Notes: generated by a model not told the origin, from the sequence alone. 64,000 nucleotides of DNA from Anaerolinea sp. (GCA_013824865.1 PNON01000005.1:9243-73242); one strand, 5' to 3'; positions 40,376-51,268 are shown, counted from the first letter of the stretch. A program made the numbers and translations.

Positions 40376-40915
40376 ATGGTTGGGCTGGCTTTCTTATTCT
40401 GGTTATTTGTACTTGTTTTCGCCGTAATTGGCATGACCCGTGGTTGGGCAAAGGAAATCCTCGTCACTTTCGCGGTTGTCCTTGGAATTTTCCTGATCAC
40501 CATTATTGAGAAATTCGCCCCTGGTGTCTTTTCAGCCATCACCAGTAGTGGAAAACCAGCTGAGTTCTGGCTGCGATTTGGCATCATCGTGGCAATGGTT
40601 ATTTTTGGTTATCAGTCGCCCAACCTGCCGCGTATATCTGAATCCCCCAAGATCATACGTGAACATCTGCAGGATACCTTACTCGGGTTGTTCATTGGTA
40701 TTGTCAATGGTTTTCTCATTTTTGGCACCATCTGGTATTACTTGCACCAGGCAGATTATCCGATTTCATATGTAGAAGCTCCAGTCAAAGGGACGGCTAT
40801 GGGAGACGCCGCCTTAAAAATCATTCCCTACCTGGCGCCAGCCTGGTTGGGTACGCCATTAATTTACTTCATCACCGCTGTTGCCTTTGTGCTAGTGATC
40901 ATCATCTTCCTATGA
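40376..40915 (+). CDS. small polytopic membrane protein (CvpA-like?) embedded in the dcw cluster
   Basis: 179 aa with 4-5 TM helices. The N-terminus FLFWLFVLVFAVIGMTRGWAKEILVTFAVVLGIFL resembles CvpA-family starts. It is tightly packed (1-nt gap after murG, 4-nt overlap with murC). Confidence 0.5.
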   Translation: MVGLAFLFWLFVLVFAVIGMTRGWAKEILVTFAVVLGIFLITIIEKFAPGVFSAITSSGKPAEFWLRFGIIVAMVIFGYQSPNLPRISESPKIIREHLQDTLLGLFIGIVNGFLIFGTIWYYLHQADYPISYVEAPVKGTAMGDAALKIIPYLAPAWLGTPLIYFITAVAFVLVIIIFL

Positions 40916-42300
40916 AAAAGCACATTCATCTTATTGGAATCGGTGGAACCGGGCTCTCAGCCATTGCCAGGCTGTTGCATGAATCCGGTTACGCCGTGAG
41001 CGGATCAGACCAGACGATGAGTCCTTTGGCTGATGCTCTGGTCAAAGATGGAATCCGGGTCATCATTGGTCACCGTGCAGAGAATATTGCTGGCGCAGAT
41101 ATGATCGTCCGCTCTTCCGCTATTTCCGATGAGAATCCTGAAGTCGTTGCGGCTAATACGAACCACATTCCAGTTCTCAAACGCTCCGATTTTCTCGGGC
41201 AACTCATGGAGAAACACACATCCATAGCAGTCGCCGGAACGCATGGTAAAACCACCACCACCGGTTTGATTGCCTGGATGCTTTCAGCCATGGGGCTCGA
41301 TCCATCATATATCGTGGGGGGGACGGTCAACCAGCTTGGCACCAACGCCCATGCTGGTAAAGGCGTGCATTTTGTGATCGAAGCAGATGAATATGACCGT
41401 ATGTTCCTGGGACTGAAACCCGATATCAGTCTCATCACATCCATGGAACTGGATCACCCGGATTGCTTCCCGACACTTGCGGAATACAACGGTGCCTTCC
41501 TTCAGTTTGCTTCCTCCACCCGTCCCGGTGGAACCCTGTTAGTCTGTGGTGATCACGCCAACCTGCGTGAACTGGCGACTAAAATTTCTTCAAAAGGGAT
41601 CATGACATCCACCTATGGTGTTAGCACCGATTGTGATTACCAGGCGACCAGTATTCAGCTTTCAGAGACGGGTGTTTATCAATTTGACCTTGCCAGAAAG
41701 ACCACTACTGATGCAGAGACTCTTGTGTCAAACATATTCCTCACCATCCCTGGCAAACATAATCTGGTCAACGCTCTTGCAGCATTAAGTGTTGCTGACC
41801 AGCTGGGTTTGGATCTGATCACGTCAGCCAGTCATGTGAGCAGCTTTACTGGTACCGGCCGCAGGTTCGAGATCGTTGCTGAGGTCAATGGCATTATCCT
41901 GATTGATGACTATGCGCATCATCCCACCGAGATAAAAACCACGCTGGCTGCTGTCCGCTCCCGCTACCAGTCCGCCCGTATCTTTGCCATCTGGCAGCCA
42001 CATACATATTCCCGCACCCGCCTGCTCAGAGACCAATTCGTGCAATCCTTCTCAGATGCTAACCAAACCATTGTCACCGAGATCTATGCTTCGCGCGAAC
42101 CAAAAGAGGCCTTCTCATCTATCGAACTTGTCAATCTGATGAACAGCAGCAAAACCAGGTTCATTCCTGACTTACATGCAGTTACAGAAACCTTGTTGAA
42201 AGAGCTCAGACCTGGTGACGTGGTCATCGTTTTATCAGCCGGCGATGCCAACCAGATCAACGCTGATCTGGCAAATGCGCTCAAGGGGCAAACTTTATGA
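40912..42300 (+). CDS. murC: UDP-N-acetylmuramate--L-alanine ligase
   Basis: 462 aa with HLIGIGGTGLSAIARLL, P-loop VAGTHGKTTTT and DDYAHHPTEI. Confidence 0.92.
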   Translation: MKKHIHLIGIGGTGLSAIARLLHESGYAVSGSDQTMSPLADALVKDGIRVIIGHRAENIAGADMIVRSSAISDENPEVVAANTNHIPVLKRSDFLGQLMEKHTSIAVAGTHGKTTTTGLIAWMLSAMGLDPSYIVGGTVNQLGTNAHAGKGVHFVIEADEYDRMFLGLKPDISLITSMELDHPDCFPTLAEYNGAFLQFASSTRPGGTLLVCGDHANLRELATKISSKGIMTSTYGVSTDCDYQATSIQLSETGVYQFDLARKTTTDAETLVSNIFLTIPGKHNLVNALAALSVADQLGLDLITSASHVSSFTGTGRRFEIVAEVNGIILIDDYAHHPTEIKTTLAAVRSRYQSARIFAIWQPHTYSRTRLLRDQFVQSFSDANQTIVTEIYASREPKEAFSSIELVNLMNSSKTRFIPDLHAVTETLLKELRPGDVVIVLSAGDANQINADLANALKGQTL

Positions 42301-43241
42301 CCACCCAGTTCGAATACCTCCAGAATATTTTTGGCAGCCAGTTGACTTTGAACGTACCGCTCCATCGGTATACAACTGCCCGGGTTGGTGGTAACACTGC
42401 TGCTCTGCTGACCGTCCAAACCAGCGATGAGCTGGTAAAAGCTGTTCATCATCTCCATCAAATTGGCTCGCCGTATAAAGTAATCGGAGAAGGCTCCAAC
42501 ATTCTGTTCAGCGATGCTGGCTATGATGGCGTAATCATAGTCAACAGGACCTGCCAGCTAAGCTTTGACCTCAGTACCCCCGCCCCTCTCGTGTATGCTG
42601 ATGCCGGGGTGAATCTGGTGACCCTCTCGCGCAAGATTGCTGAGCAGGGACTAAGCGGATTCGAATGGGCTTGCGGTATCCCCGGGACGTTGGGTGGTGC
42701 CATCTACGGGAATGCCGGTGCGCATGGCTCAGGTATGGAGACTGTACTCGAATCGGCAAGTATATTGCACCCTCATGGAAGATTGGAAGACTGGCCTTCC
42801 GTCCGTTTTCAGTATCAGTATCGCAGCAGTATTCTGAAAACCAGCCAGTCTAAAAGCATCATTTTAAGTGCTGTGCTGCGAATGGAGAAGAAAGAGCAAA
42901 ATAAAATAACCAGCTTGATGGGAGAGTACACCGCCAGGAGGAAAGCCACTCAGCCTGTTGGAGCCAGCCTGGGTTCAATCTTCAAGAACCCTCCGGGTGA
43001 TTATGCCGGTCGTCTCATTGAAGCTGCCGGGTATAAAGGTCATCGCATTGGTGGCGTTGCTGTAAGCGAAAAACATGCCAATTTTTTTATCATCGACAAC
43101 CAGGCGTCAGCAACGGATATATATAAGCTGATCAAGCTGGTTCAAAATGCAGTTATACAACAGTCTGGCGTAACACTCGAAACGGAAATTGAATTGTTAG
43201 GAAATTTTACCTTGGAGCAACACGATGACGCAGAAAATTAA
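42297..43241 (+). CDS. murB: UDP-N-acetylenolpyruvoylglucosamine reductase
   Basis: 314 aa with an FAD-binding domain (GEGSNILF) and catalytic region GSIFKNP. Confidence 0.92.
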   Translation: MTTQFEYLQNIFGSQLTLNVPLHRYTTARVGGNTAALLTVQTSDELVKAVHHLHQIGSPYKVIGEGSNILFSDAGYDGVIIVNRTCQLSFDLSTPAPLVYADAGVNLVTLSRKIAEQGLSGFEWACGIPGTLGGAIYGNAGAHGSGMETVLESASILHPHGRLEDWPSVRFQYQYRSSILKTSQSKSIILSAVLRMEKKEQNKITSLMGEYTARRKATQPVGASLGSIFKNPPGDYAGRLIEAAGYKGHRIGGVAVSEKHANFFIIDNQASATDIYKLIKLVQNAVIQQSGVTLETEIELLGNFTLEQHDDAEN

Positions 43242-44343
43242 CCTGGGCATTATCTTTGGCGGCAGATCCGGGGAACATGAAGTTTCCCTTATGTCCGCTC
43301 GCTCGGTGATCAGCGTGATTGACCGTGATAAATATAATATTTACCAGGTCGGTATTACTCTCAACGGCCACTGGGTGACCGGCATGGATGTACTGGATAA
43401 GTTGTCTGCTGGTAATACAGAGGGATTCTCCGAGGTGGTTCTCTTTGGCGATCCTACCCGGTCAGGATTGTATCAGATCAAACAGGATGCATCAGGTGAA
43501 AAACTTGAAAAAATCACCGACCTGGATGTCATTTTTCCGGTACTGCATGGCACTTTTGGCGAGGATGGTACTTTGCAGGGTCTGCTGGAAATGGCGGATA
43601 TCGCTTATGTTGGTGCTGGTGTGCTTGGCTCCTCAGTGGGTATGGATAAAGGTCTCTTCAAAGACCTGATGCGAGCGAACAATATCCCTGTTGTTTCTTC
43701 AATTCTTGTCAGTCGGGCTGAGATAGAAACCGGGATGGAAGATGTGATTTCGCGTGCGGAGCAGATGTCTGGTTATCCCCTTTTCGTCAAACCTGCCAAT
43801 CTGGGTTCATCAGTAGGTATCAGTAAGTGTATCAATCGTTCCGATCTGCTGGAAGGACTACAGGATGCCGCCCAATATGACCGCCGGATTTTAATCGAAA
43901 AAGGCGTGAATGCCCGCGAGATCGAAGTCAGTGTGTTGGGGAACGATGCTCCCATCGCTTCCATTCCCGGTGAGATCCGTCCGAATGCTGATTTCTACTC
44001 GTACGAAGCCAAGTATATTCTTGATAATTCAGAGTTGATTATCCCTGCCATGCTGGCTGAGGAACAAAAACAACTCATCCAACAATATGCCTTGCGCGCT
44101 TACACCTGTACTGATTGCGCTGGTATGGCGCGGGCTGACTTTCTGCTGGATAAGGTAACTGGCGAGGTCTTTCTGAATGAGATTAATACTATCCCGGGTT
44201 TCACAAAGATCTCTATGTATCCCAAGTTATGGGAAGCTTCCGGTTTGCCTTACCCTGCGTTGATCAACCGATTGATCGAGTTGGGACTGGAACGGAAAGC
44301 TGACCGCGACCGCACCTTGCACACCTTCCGGAGGGGCCAGTGA
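43225..44343 (+). CDS. ddl: D-alanine--D-alanine ligase
   Basis: 372 aa. It begins LGIIFGGRSGEHEVSL and has the ATP-grasp motifs PLFVKPANLGSSVGISK and EINTIPGFT. Confidence 0.92.
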   Translation: MTQKINLGIIFGGRSGEHEVSLMSARSVISVIDRDKYNIYQVGITLNGHWVTGMDVLDKLSAGNTEGFSEVVLFGDPTRSGLYQIKQDASGEKLEKITDLDVIFPVLHGTFGEDGTLQGLLEMADIAYVGAGVLGSSVGMDKGLFKDLMRANNIPVVSSILVSRAEIETGMEDVISRAEQMSGYPLFVKPANLGSSVGISKCINRSDLLEGLQDAAQYDRRILIEKGVNAREIEVSVLGNDAPIASIPGEIRPNADFYSYEAKYILDNSELIIPAMLAEEQKQLIQQYALRAYTCTDCAGMARADFLLDKVTGEVFLNEINTIPGFTKISMYPKLWEASGLPYPALINRLIELGLERKADRDRTLHTFRRGQ

Positions 44344-45386
44344 CAGTTCATAGTCGCTCTCTCTCGCGTGCGGACCTGGTACGTTCGCGCCGAAATAAAG
44401 AAATGAAACAGCGGGTCATCCTTGCTGCAGATGTGGTAAAGAAACCTTTGCCCTATACCCCCATCCAAACCCGTAATGGCGAGGGTGTCTTACCCATCAT
44501 CCAGAAACCTCGCAAACGTACGCGGCGCAAGTTCTACTACAAGATCATGAATAAGTTGGAGATCAAGCTCCCCGCAATACCTGTCTTCAATCCTGGCTGG
44601 CGGCTTGTATCCGCGGTCATATTCCTGGTCTCTGCATTTTGCATCTATACCTTCTACACCTCGCCAAATTTCACAGTGGACCAGGTGAATTTGAATGGCG
44701 CGGAGCGGGTGACTGCTGAAGAGATCGACGCAATTTTACCTGTAAAAGGTCAAAAGATCCTTTCCGTTACCCCGGATTCGATCGAAAAAGTGATCAAGAA
44801 TACCTACCCGGTGGTAGAGGAAGTGCGAGTTGTGGTTGGCTGGCCATCATCCATCACTATCTATGTCAAAGAGCGGGTGCCCGTGCTGATCTGGGATCAG
44901 GATAACCTCACACAGTGGATTTCAGCGGACGGGGTGGCTTTTGAACCAAAAGGCGAGGTGGAAGACATTACCACCATTTACGCTTCCGGCAATCCGCCAT
45001 CAGTCGGCTACAACCTGAATCTTGTCCAACAGGAGAGCAAAAAACCGCTCGCCAGCTTGTCGTTTCCTGGCAGTCGGCAATCTAAGCATGAAGAAGTGGT
45101 AGAGATCCCCGCCCAGATCTTTATCAACCCTGAGATCATTCCAGCCATCCAAAAAATGGCCGAGCAAGCCCCCCAGGGTGTCAATTTGGTCTACAGCCCG
45201 ACCTATGGTATCGGATGGGTTGATCCGAAAGGCTGGCAGGTATATTTTGGCATGCAGCCGGATGAAATGCCGCAAAAGTTGGCGGCGTATGATGTGATCG
45301 TTGAGAAATTATTGAAAAAGGATATCCATCCCGCTCTTATTTCGATGGAAAACCTTTACGCCCCATACTATCGCACGGAGCAATGA
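44340..45386 (+). CDS. ftsQ: cell-division protein FtsQ/DivIB (POTRA domain)
   Basis: 348 aa with a basic N-terminal tail and one TM helix. A POTRA-like segment follows (FTVDQVNLNGAERVTAEEI...ITIYVKERVPV). It occupies the ftsQ slot. Confidence 0.75.
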   Translation: MTVHSRSLSRADLVRSRRNKEMKQRVILAADVVKKPLPYTPIQTRNGEGVLPIIQKPRKRTRRKFYYKIMNKLEIKLPAIPVFNPGWRLVSAVIFLVSAFCIYTFYTSPNFTVDQVNLNGAERVTAEEIDAILPVKGQKILSVTPDSIEKVIKNTYPVVEEVRVVVGWPSSITIYVKERVPVLIWDQDNLTQWISADGVAFEPKGEVEDITTIYASGNPPSVGYNLNLVQQESKKPLASLSFPGSRQSKHEEVVEIPAQIFINPEIIPAIQKMAEQAPQGVNLVYSPTYGIGWVDPKGWQVYFGMQPDEMPQKLAAYDVIVEKLLKKDIHPALISMENLYAPYYRTEQ

Positions 45387-46615
45387 TTATGGACGAGCCA
45401 ATCGTAGTGGGTATTGATGTTGGAACAGCCAAGATTTGCACCCTGGTTGCCCGGGTGGAAGGCGCCAAGACGCTTCGTATTCTCGGCGTGGGTATTGAGC
45501 CAGCCCAGGGCATCAAGAAAGGAACGGTGATCGACATCGCTGCGGCCACACAATCCATCGCGCGTTCGATCGAAAAGGCTGAGCGTTCCTCCGGGTTGGA
45601 GATCACCTCTGCGATTGTCAGCCTGGCAGGCTCTCACGTCTCTTCCATCAATAGCCGTGGAGTGGTGGGAATCGCTGGTCGCGTCATTGACGAAGGTGAT
45701 GTTGCCCGCGCGCTTGAAGCCGCTCAGGCTGTGGCTATCCCCCACAACCGCGAGATCATCCATGTCATCCAGCGCAGCTTCACCGTGGATGGTCAGGATG
45801 GAATTCACATGCCGGTTGGGATGCATGGTTTCAGGTTGGAGGTGGAAGCCCATATTATTACCGCTGCCGCCGCCACAGTAGAGAACATCCGCCAGGCTGT
45901 AAATTCTGCCGGGGTGCAGGCGGCTCAATTTGTGCTTAATCCGCTGGCTTCCGGTGAAGTTGTGCTTTCAGAAACCGAACGCCAGATGGGCGCTATTGTC
46001 TGCGATATTGGCGCCGGCACCACCAGTATTGCCGTTTACATCGATGGTGATGTCTGGCATACCATGGTATTACCCCTGGGCGGCAATAACATCACCAATG
46101 ATATTGCCCACGGGTTTAAAGTACCCCTATCGCAAGCAGAAGAGATCAAGCTGCAGCACGGGTACAGTGTCATGTCGGAAGTAAGCGAGGATGATTATCT
46201 CACCATCCGCGCCTTTGGCGAGGACCAGCCAGTTACAAAATCTCGTAAAGAATTAGCCGAGATCATCGAAGCCAGGGTGGAGGAGATTTTTAGCCTCCTC
46301 CTGCAGGAAATTAAGCGCTCAGGGTATGACGGATTGCTGCCAGCCGGGATGGTCCTCACCGGCGGAACCAGCAATCTGCCAGGGATCCGCACACTCGCAA
46401 GCCAGGTTATGGGAGTCCCGGTGCGAGTGGCCCACCCGGAGAATCTGTTGGGGCTGACTGATCAGCTCCTGACACCCGCTTATTCAACCAGTGTAGGATT
46501 ACTCTACTGGGCATTATTGATGACCGAATCAAGCCTACCCACCAAACACCGCAAGCTCACCGGTGAAACCGTGTGGGAGAAGGTCGTAACATGGCTTAAA
46601 CGGATGCTCCCATAA
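45383..46615 (+). CDS. ftsA: cell-division protein FtsA
   Basis: 410 aa with an actin fold (VGIDVGTAKICTLV, CDIGAGTTSIAVY, VLTGGTSNLPG). Confidence 0.92.
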   Translation: MIMDEPIVVGIDVGTAKICTLVARVEGAKTLRILGVGIEPAQGIKKGTVIDIAAATQSIARSIEKAERSSGLEITSAIVSLAGSHVSSINSRGVVGIAGRVIDEGDVARALEAAQAVAIPHNREIIHVIQRSFTVDGQDGIHMPVGMHGFRLEVEAHIITAAAATVENIRQAVNSAGVQAAQFVLNPLASGEVVLSETERQMGAIVCDIGAGTTSIAVYIDGDVWHTMVLPLGGNNITNDIAHGFKVPLSQAEEIKLQHGYSVMSEVSEDDYLTIRAFGEDQPVTKSRKELAEIIEARVEEIFSLLLQEIKRSGYDGLLPAGMVLTGGTSNLPGIRTLASQVMGVPVRVAHPENLLGLTDQLLTPAYSTSVGLLYWALLMTESSLPTKHRKLTGETVWEKVVTWLKRMLP

Positions 46616-46676
46616 TCTGGGGACACATCTATATGCTCATAGATAAGCAGACACACTAATGATAGAGGAGAATAAA

Positions 46677-47822
46677 ATGGAGACACCCGCTCAATTATCA
46701 CAGGAATCTTATGCACGAATCAAAGTTGTAGGGGTTGGCGGTGGTGGTTGTAATGCTGTCAACCGGATGATCCAGGAAGGGATGAAAGGCATTGAGTTTG
46801 TAAGCGTCAATACAGACGCGCAGGCACTCGCCATGTCCACTGCTCCCAGCCGTGTCCGCATTGGCGATAAGACAACCCGCGGTCTGGGTTCGGGAGGCAT
46901 CCCGGAAGTCGGACGGAAAGCTGCAGAAGAATCAGCCGAAGAACTGTATGAAGTCCTCAAAGGCAGCGATATGGTCTTCATCACCGCTGGCATGGGTGGC
47001 GGATCGGGCACCGGAGCAGCGCCCGTAATCGCCCAGATCGCAAAGGAATGTGGCGCCCTCACCATCGGTGTGGTCACTCGGCCATTCACTTTTGAAGGCA
47101 GCAGACGCAGTCAAAATGCCGAAAGTGGTACCAACCGGCTTAAGGAATTCGCGGATACGCTCATCGTCATCCCCAATGACCGCCTGCTTTCCATCGTGGA
47201 TAAGCGTGCCAACTTGAATGATGCCTTCCGTAAAGCGGATGATGTCCTGCGCCAGGGTATCCAGGGTATCTCCGAATTGATCACCGTTCCCGGGCTCATT
47301 AACCTGGACTTTGCAGACGTACGCACCATCATGTCTGAAGGCGGCGCTGCACTCATGGCTGTCGGTTCTGCGGCTGGCGAAGACCGCGCTCGTATTGCTG
47401 CTGAACAGGCCATTGCCAGCGAACTCCTGGATATCACCATCAATGGCGCTCGCGGCATCCTTTTCAACGTTACAGGTGGACCAAACCTGACCCTCTTTGA
47501 GGTCAACCAGGCAGCCGCCATTATTCGCGAAACCGCTCACCCGGATGTCAACCTTATCTTTGGAGCTGTCATTGACCCTGAGATGAAAGACGAGCTACGC
47601 ATCACCGTGATCGCCACGGGTTTTGAGCGCGCCGGCATCCACACCGTGGAAAAAACCAGAATCGATGAAAAATCAAGTATTGCTGTGGTGCAGCCGGCTC
47701 GTACAAATGAAAAACCATTTGCAGAACGTGTCAGCGAGATGGCGGTGAACTACACCCCGCGGGTAATTAACACGGATGAATATGAGGTGCCTACCTTCAT
47801 TCGCAAACGCCTCGGCCGCTAA
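46677..47822 (+). CDS. ftsZ: cell-division GTPase FtsZ
   Basis: It has the tubulin signature [13 protein letters not shown], plus NTDAQAL and a C-terminal peptide EVPTFIRKR. The start is moved to ATG 46677 (AGAGGAG 6 nt upstream). The ORF track starts at 46659. Confidence 0.95.
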   Translation: METPAQLSQESYARIKVVGVGGGGCNAVNRMIQEGMKGIEFVSVNTDAQALAMSTAPSRVRIGDKTTRGLGSGGIPEVGRKAAEESAEELYEVLKGSDMVFITAGMGGGSGTGAAPVIAQIAKECGALTIGVVTRPFTFEGSRRSQNAESGTNRLKEFADTLIVIPNDRLLSIVDKRANLNDAFRKADDVLRQGIQGISELITVPGLINLDFADVRTIMSEGGAALMAVGSAAGEDRARIAAEQAIASELLDITINGARGILFNVTGGPNLTLFEVNQAAAIIRETAHPDVNLIFGAVIDPEMKDELRITVIATGFERAGIHTVEKTRIDEKSSIAVVQPARTNEKPFAERVSEMAVNYTPRVINTDEYEVPTFIRKRLGR

Positions 47823-47876
47823 TTCAGGCTTTTCCCCGGGAAATCTTACACCTCCGGCAATCCATTGTTCTCGTTT

Positions 47877-47919
47877 ATCTGCACATGCAGCATTCGCGGC
47901 TGCATGTGCAGATCTTTTC
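47877..47919 (+). terminator. strong intrinsic terminator after ftsZ
   Basis: A perfect 15-bp stem, ATCTGCACATGCAGC-attcgcg-GCTGCATGTGCAGAT, is followed by CTTTTC, 55 nt after the ftsZ stop. Confidence 0.8.
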
Positions 47920-47991
47920 ATGCTCAAAATTGACTAACCTTAAAACATTGTACACCATGGGATTTTTTAAGGAAAACCATGTCAATTTAGC

Positions 47992-48020
47992 TTGATTCGT
48001 TTATCCCAGTATGATAGAAT
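47992..48020 (+). promoter_or_regulatory. candidate promoter of nrdR-nrdJ
   Basis: TTGATT (47992-47997), 17 nt, TAGAAT (48015-48020). Confidence 0.5.
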
Positions 48021-48027
48021 TTTTTTA

Positions 48028-48073
48028 CCACAATATATAGGGGAGTTAGAATTAATACCCCCACATTTGGGGG
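48028..48073 (+). promoter_or_regulatory. candidate tandem NrdR boxes
   Basis: Box 1, CCACAATATATAGGGG (48028-48043), matches the core CwAtATaTwG of the NrdR-box palindrome. Box 2, CCCCCACATTTGGGGG (48058-48073), is a degenerate palindrome. The centre-to-centre distance is 30 bp. Both lie between the -10 and the nrdR start. Confidence 0.5.
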
Positions 48074-48097
48074 TAATTGGGCTGATAAGGAGATTGC

Positions 48098-48547
48098 ATG
48101 CGTTGTCCATTTTGTGGCTTTGATGAATCCCGGGTAATGGATACCTCCCACGATTCGCGTGGCGAGATTCGACGCCGACGCGAATGCGAAAGCTGCCACC
48201 AACGCTTCAGCACATACGAAAGAGCGCTTCTCTCCATCCCGCTCATCATCAAGCAGGATGGCAGCCGTGAAGAATTCGACCGTGACAAGCTTAAACGCGG
48301 AATCCAGATTGCCTGTGCCAAACGACCGGTTCCAGCGGACGAAATCGAGCGGTTAGTGGGGGAAGTGGAATCTGACCTGGAGGGTCTGGGTAAACTGGAA
48401 GTTCCTTCCCGGGTGATCGGTGACAAAGTAATTAACCGATTAAAGCAAATTGACTTGATCGCATACATCCGTTATGCCTCTGTTTACCTCAAACTCGGCG
48501 ACCTGCGCGCCATCCGCGATGAGATCGACCGATTACTGGAAGGATGA
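48098..48547 (+). CDS. nrdR: transcriptional repressor NrdR
   Basis: 149 aa. It begins [17 protein letters not shown] (zinc ribbon CxxC...CxxC) and is followed by an ATP-cone. Confidence 0.93.
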   Translation: MRCPFCGFDESRVMDTSHDSRGEIRRRRECESCHQRFSTYERALLSIPLIIKQDGSREEFDRDKLKRGIQIACAKRPVPADEIERLVGEVESDLEGLGKLEVPSRVIGDKVINRLKQIDLIAYIRYASVYLKLGDLRAIRDEIDRLLEG

Positions 48548-51090
48548 TTATGAACAAACAAGGAATCGACCTCCCATCATCAGGACTGCTGCCCACTCCA
48601 CCCATACCTGATCATATTCCCGCAGTTGAGCTTTCGGATAATGCCCGGCAGGTGCTCATCCGCCGCTATGTCCGCCGAGGCGCGGATGGTAATCCAGCAG
48701 AGACGGTGGAAGAAATGTTCTGGCGGATTGCCTATCATGTAGCCAGGGTCGAAGCCACCTGGAACGAGGATGTTGAAACCCGCGCGCTGGAATATTTCAC
48801 CCTGCTCACCAGCAAAAAGTTCTTCCCCAACTCACCTACTTTCACTGGCGCAGGTACTCCATTAGGACAACTGGCTGCCTGTTTTGTACTGCCCATTAGT
48901 GATGACATGGGCAAGGCTCCAGATGGCATCTTCCAGACCCTGCGCGATGCTGCTCTCATCCAGCAAACCGGTGGCGGAAATGGCTTCTCCTTCTCCCGCC
49001 TGCGCCCCAAAGGATCGCTGGTGAAAAGCTCTGCCGGTCAAGCCACCGGTCCGGTCGGCTTTTTACGCGTTTATGACCACGCCTTCGGCGAGATCGCCCA
49101 GGGGGGCACCCGCCGCGGCGCGAATATGGCTGTGCTGCGCGTGGACCACCCGGATGTTGAAGATTTCATTACTTGCAAGACCAATGAAAACCAGATCACC
49201 AATTTCAATATCTCTGTCGGCATTACCGACGCCTTTATGAAAGCCGTGGAAGAGGATGCCACCTGGGACCTGATCTTCCCGGACGTGACCTCTCCTGAAT
49301 ATAAAAAATACAAAGGCGCATTGGAAGACGCTTCTAAATCGCGCATCCCGGTCAAGATCTATAAGACCATTCTTGCCCGCGAGCTGTTTGATAGCATCGT
49401 GCTGCAGGCACATCACAATGGCGAACCAGGCATGCTTTTCCTGGATGCTGCCAACCGTTCTAATCCTGTGCCGCACCTTTACCCCCTGGAAGCCACCAAT
49501 CCCTGCGGTGAACAATGGCTGGGACCTTATGAGAATTGCTGCCTGGGTTCTGTGAACCTGGTTGAACATTGCGGTGCAGATGGCAGCGTGGACTGGGAAG
49601 CCCTGCGTCAGAGTGTAGCGACCGCCACCATATTTCTGGATGATGTGGTCGATGCCAATGCTTATGTTCCCGCTGTGCCGCAACTGGCTGAAGCTGCCCA
49701 TAATGCCCGCCGTATCGGTCTGGGCATTATGGGGCTGGGCGACCTGATGTACCATGCCGGTATCCGCTATGGCAGCGAAGAGGGTATGGAATTCGCTGGA
49801 CAGGTGATGGAATTCGTCCGCTATCACTGCATGCGTACCAGCATCGAGCTAGCCCAGAAACGCGGCGCTTTCCCCGCCATCCATGGCAGCATCTATGATT
49901 CCGCCCATTTCAAGTGGCAGCCGCCCGTCCCGCTGGCACCTTACACCCGCGATTTCAACCGTCCAGAACTGGATTGGAGCAGCATCGTGAATGGCCTGCT
50001 GAAATTTGGCATCCGCAACGCTGCCCAGACCACCATCGCCCCCACTGGGACGATTGCCACCGTGGCTGGCTGTGAAGGTTACGGCTGCGAACCGGTCTTT
50101 GCCCTGGCTTATGTGCGTCATGTCAACGATAATGGAAAAGACCTCTCCCTGGCTTACGCCAGCCCGGCTTTTGAAAAGGCGCTGGAAAAATGCGACCTGA
50201 CACTGGAAATGCGTCAGTCCATCATTGACCAGGTGATGCGCGAAGGCACCTGCCAGCATATCACCGACCTGCCAGACGCGGTGCGCAACACCTTCGTGGT
50301 ATCCGCGGATATTACCGCAGAAGAGCATGTGTATATGCAGGCCGCGCTGCAGTGTTTTGTGGATAATAGCCTTTCCAAGACCATCAACTTCCCTGCGGGC
50401 TCCACACCTGTGGATGTGGCCAATGCCTATACCCTGGCCTGGAAGCTGGGCTGCAAAGGCATCACGGTGTATATCACCGGCTCGCGCGACAAGGTTGTGC
50501 TTGAAACGGCTTCCACTGCCAGTGGAAAAAAGCCATCGACCGAGCTGGCAGTGCAGCCGGACCTGTGGCAGGAGAGCAAGAAACCGCGTCCACGTTCGCT
50601 GCACGGCTCCACCTATTCCATCGATACGCCGCTGGGCAAAGCCTTCGTGACAATCAATGAGAATGGCGGCGGGCAGCCCTTTGAAGTGTTCGTTAACACC
50701 GCCAAGGCTGGTTCGGATACCGCCGCGGTCTCAGAAGCCATCGGCCGCTTGATCTCTTACACACTGCGCCTGGCTTCGCCGGTGGAAGCCATTGCCCGGC
50801 TGCAGGAGGTACTGCGCCAGCTGGCCGGCATTGGCGGCGGACGTTCGCTGGGCTTCGGCCCCAACCGGGTGCGCTCTCTGCCGGATGGGGTTGCCCGCGC
50901 CTTGGATGATTACCTGCGGGAACGTGATCAAACCTCCGAAGGCTACTTCCACGAGGTGGAACTGACGCCCATGCCCCTGGAGCAATCCATGTTAAAGATC
51001 GGTGACCTGTGCCCGGAGTGCGGCCAGGCGGCAGTCGTGAATGAAGAGGGCTGCCGCAAGTGCTACGCCTGCGGATATAGCGAGTGCTAA
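48544..51090 (+). CDS. nrdJ: adenosylcobalamin-dependent (class II) ribonucleotide reductase
   Basis: 848 aa with RNR barrel motifs (ATNPCGEQ with catalytic Cys, NSLSKTINF) and a C-terminal Cys-rich tail CPECG...CRKCYACG typical of NrdJ. It overlaps nrdR by 4 nt. Confidence 0.9.
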   Translation: MIMNKQGIDLPSSGLLPTPPIPDHIPAVELSDNARQVLIRRYVRRGADGNPAETVEEMFWRIAYHVARVEATWNEDVETRALEYFTLLTSKKFFPNSPTFTGAGTPLGQLAACFVLPISDDMGKAPDGIFQTLRDAALIQQTGGGNGFSFSRLRPKGSLVKSSAGQATGPVGFLRVYDHAFGEIAQGGTRRGANMAVLRVDHPDVEDFITCKTNENQITNFNISVGITDAFMKAVEEDATWDLIFPDVTSPEYKKYKGALEDASKSRIPVKIYKTILARELFDSIVLQAHHNGEPGMLFLDAANRSNPVPHLYPLEATNPCGEQWLGPYENCCLGSVNLVEHCGADGSVDWEALRQSVATATIFLDDVVDANAYVPAVPQLAEAAHNARRIGLGIMGLGDLMYHAGIRYGSEEGMEFAGQVMEFVRYHCMRTSIELAQKRGAFPAIHGSIYDSAHFKWQPPVPLAPYTRDFNRPELDWSSIVNGLLKFGIRNAAQTTIAPTGTIATVAGCEGYGCEPVFALAYVRHVNDNGKDLSLAYASPAFEKALEKCDLTLEMRQSIIDQVMREGTCQHITDLPDAVRNTFVVSADITAEEHVYMQAALQCFVDNSLSKTINFPAGSTPVDVANAYTLAWKLGCKGITVYITGSRDKVVLETASTASGKKPSTELAVQPDLWQESKKPRPRSLHGSTYSIDTPLGKAFVTINENGGGQPFEVFVNTAKAGSDTAAVSEAIGRLISYTLRLASPVEAIARLQEVLRQLAGIGGGRSLGFGPNRVRSLPDGVARALDDYLRERDQTSEGYFHEVELTPMPLEQSMLKIGDLCPECGQAAVVNEEGCRKCYACGYSEC

Positions 51091-51243
51091 AGGTTTTCAA
51101 AACAAAGAACGCAAGGAAACTTAACCATTTGTCATTCCGAACGATGTGAGGCTTAACTACCATTTGATTTAGATTTGCCAAAGAGATCACAATTTGTAAT
51201 TTGCACTGGCCAGATCGTAAAACCTAAATTAGTTGAATGAATT

Positions 51244-51268
51244 GAGGGTGCGTTGGGAACGCACCCTC
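51244..51268 (+). terminator. hairpin, possible terminator or RNA-end structure downstream of nrdJ
   Basis: A perfect 9-bp GC-rich stem, GAGGGTGCG-ttgggaa-CGCACCCTC, is followed only by ATAAATTTG (a poor U-tract). It lies 153 nt after the nrdJ stop. Confidence 0.35.

Noticed and set aside
49063-50604. Two long antisense ORFs (254 aa and 251 aa) opposite nrdJ. Similar cases are 45368..45928 (ftsA), 46932..47540 (ftsZ), 59980..60591 (acnA), 62718..63242 (cysE), 20006..20578 (ruvC/yebC), 3509..4012 (lon) and 14337..14855 (atpD).
   Set aside because: Each is fully embedded antisense to a gene with unmistakable conserved motifs. Their translations are Arg/Gly/Ala/Pro-rich mirror-frame products with no motifs and no RBS. 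This is a typical stop-codon-poor antisense-frame artefact.
51091-51243. 150-nt unassigned stretch after nrdJ, with a repeated CCATTTG and a distant AGGTTTT/AAAACCT complementarity.
   Set aside because: The matches are short (7 nt) and AT-rich, consistent with chance. There is no ORF with an RBS and no convincing fold. Only the GC-rich hairpin at 51244-51268 is reported.
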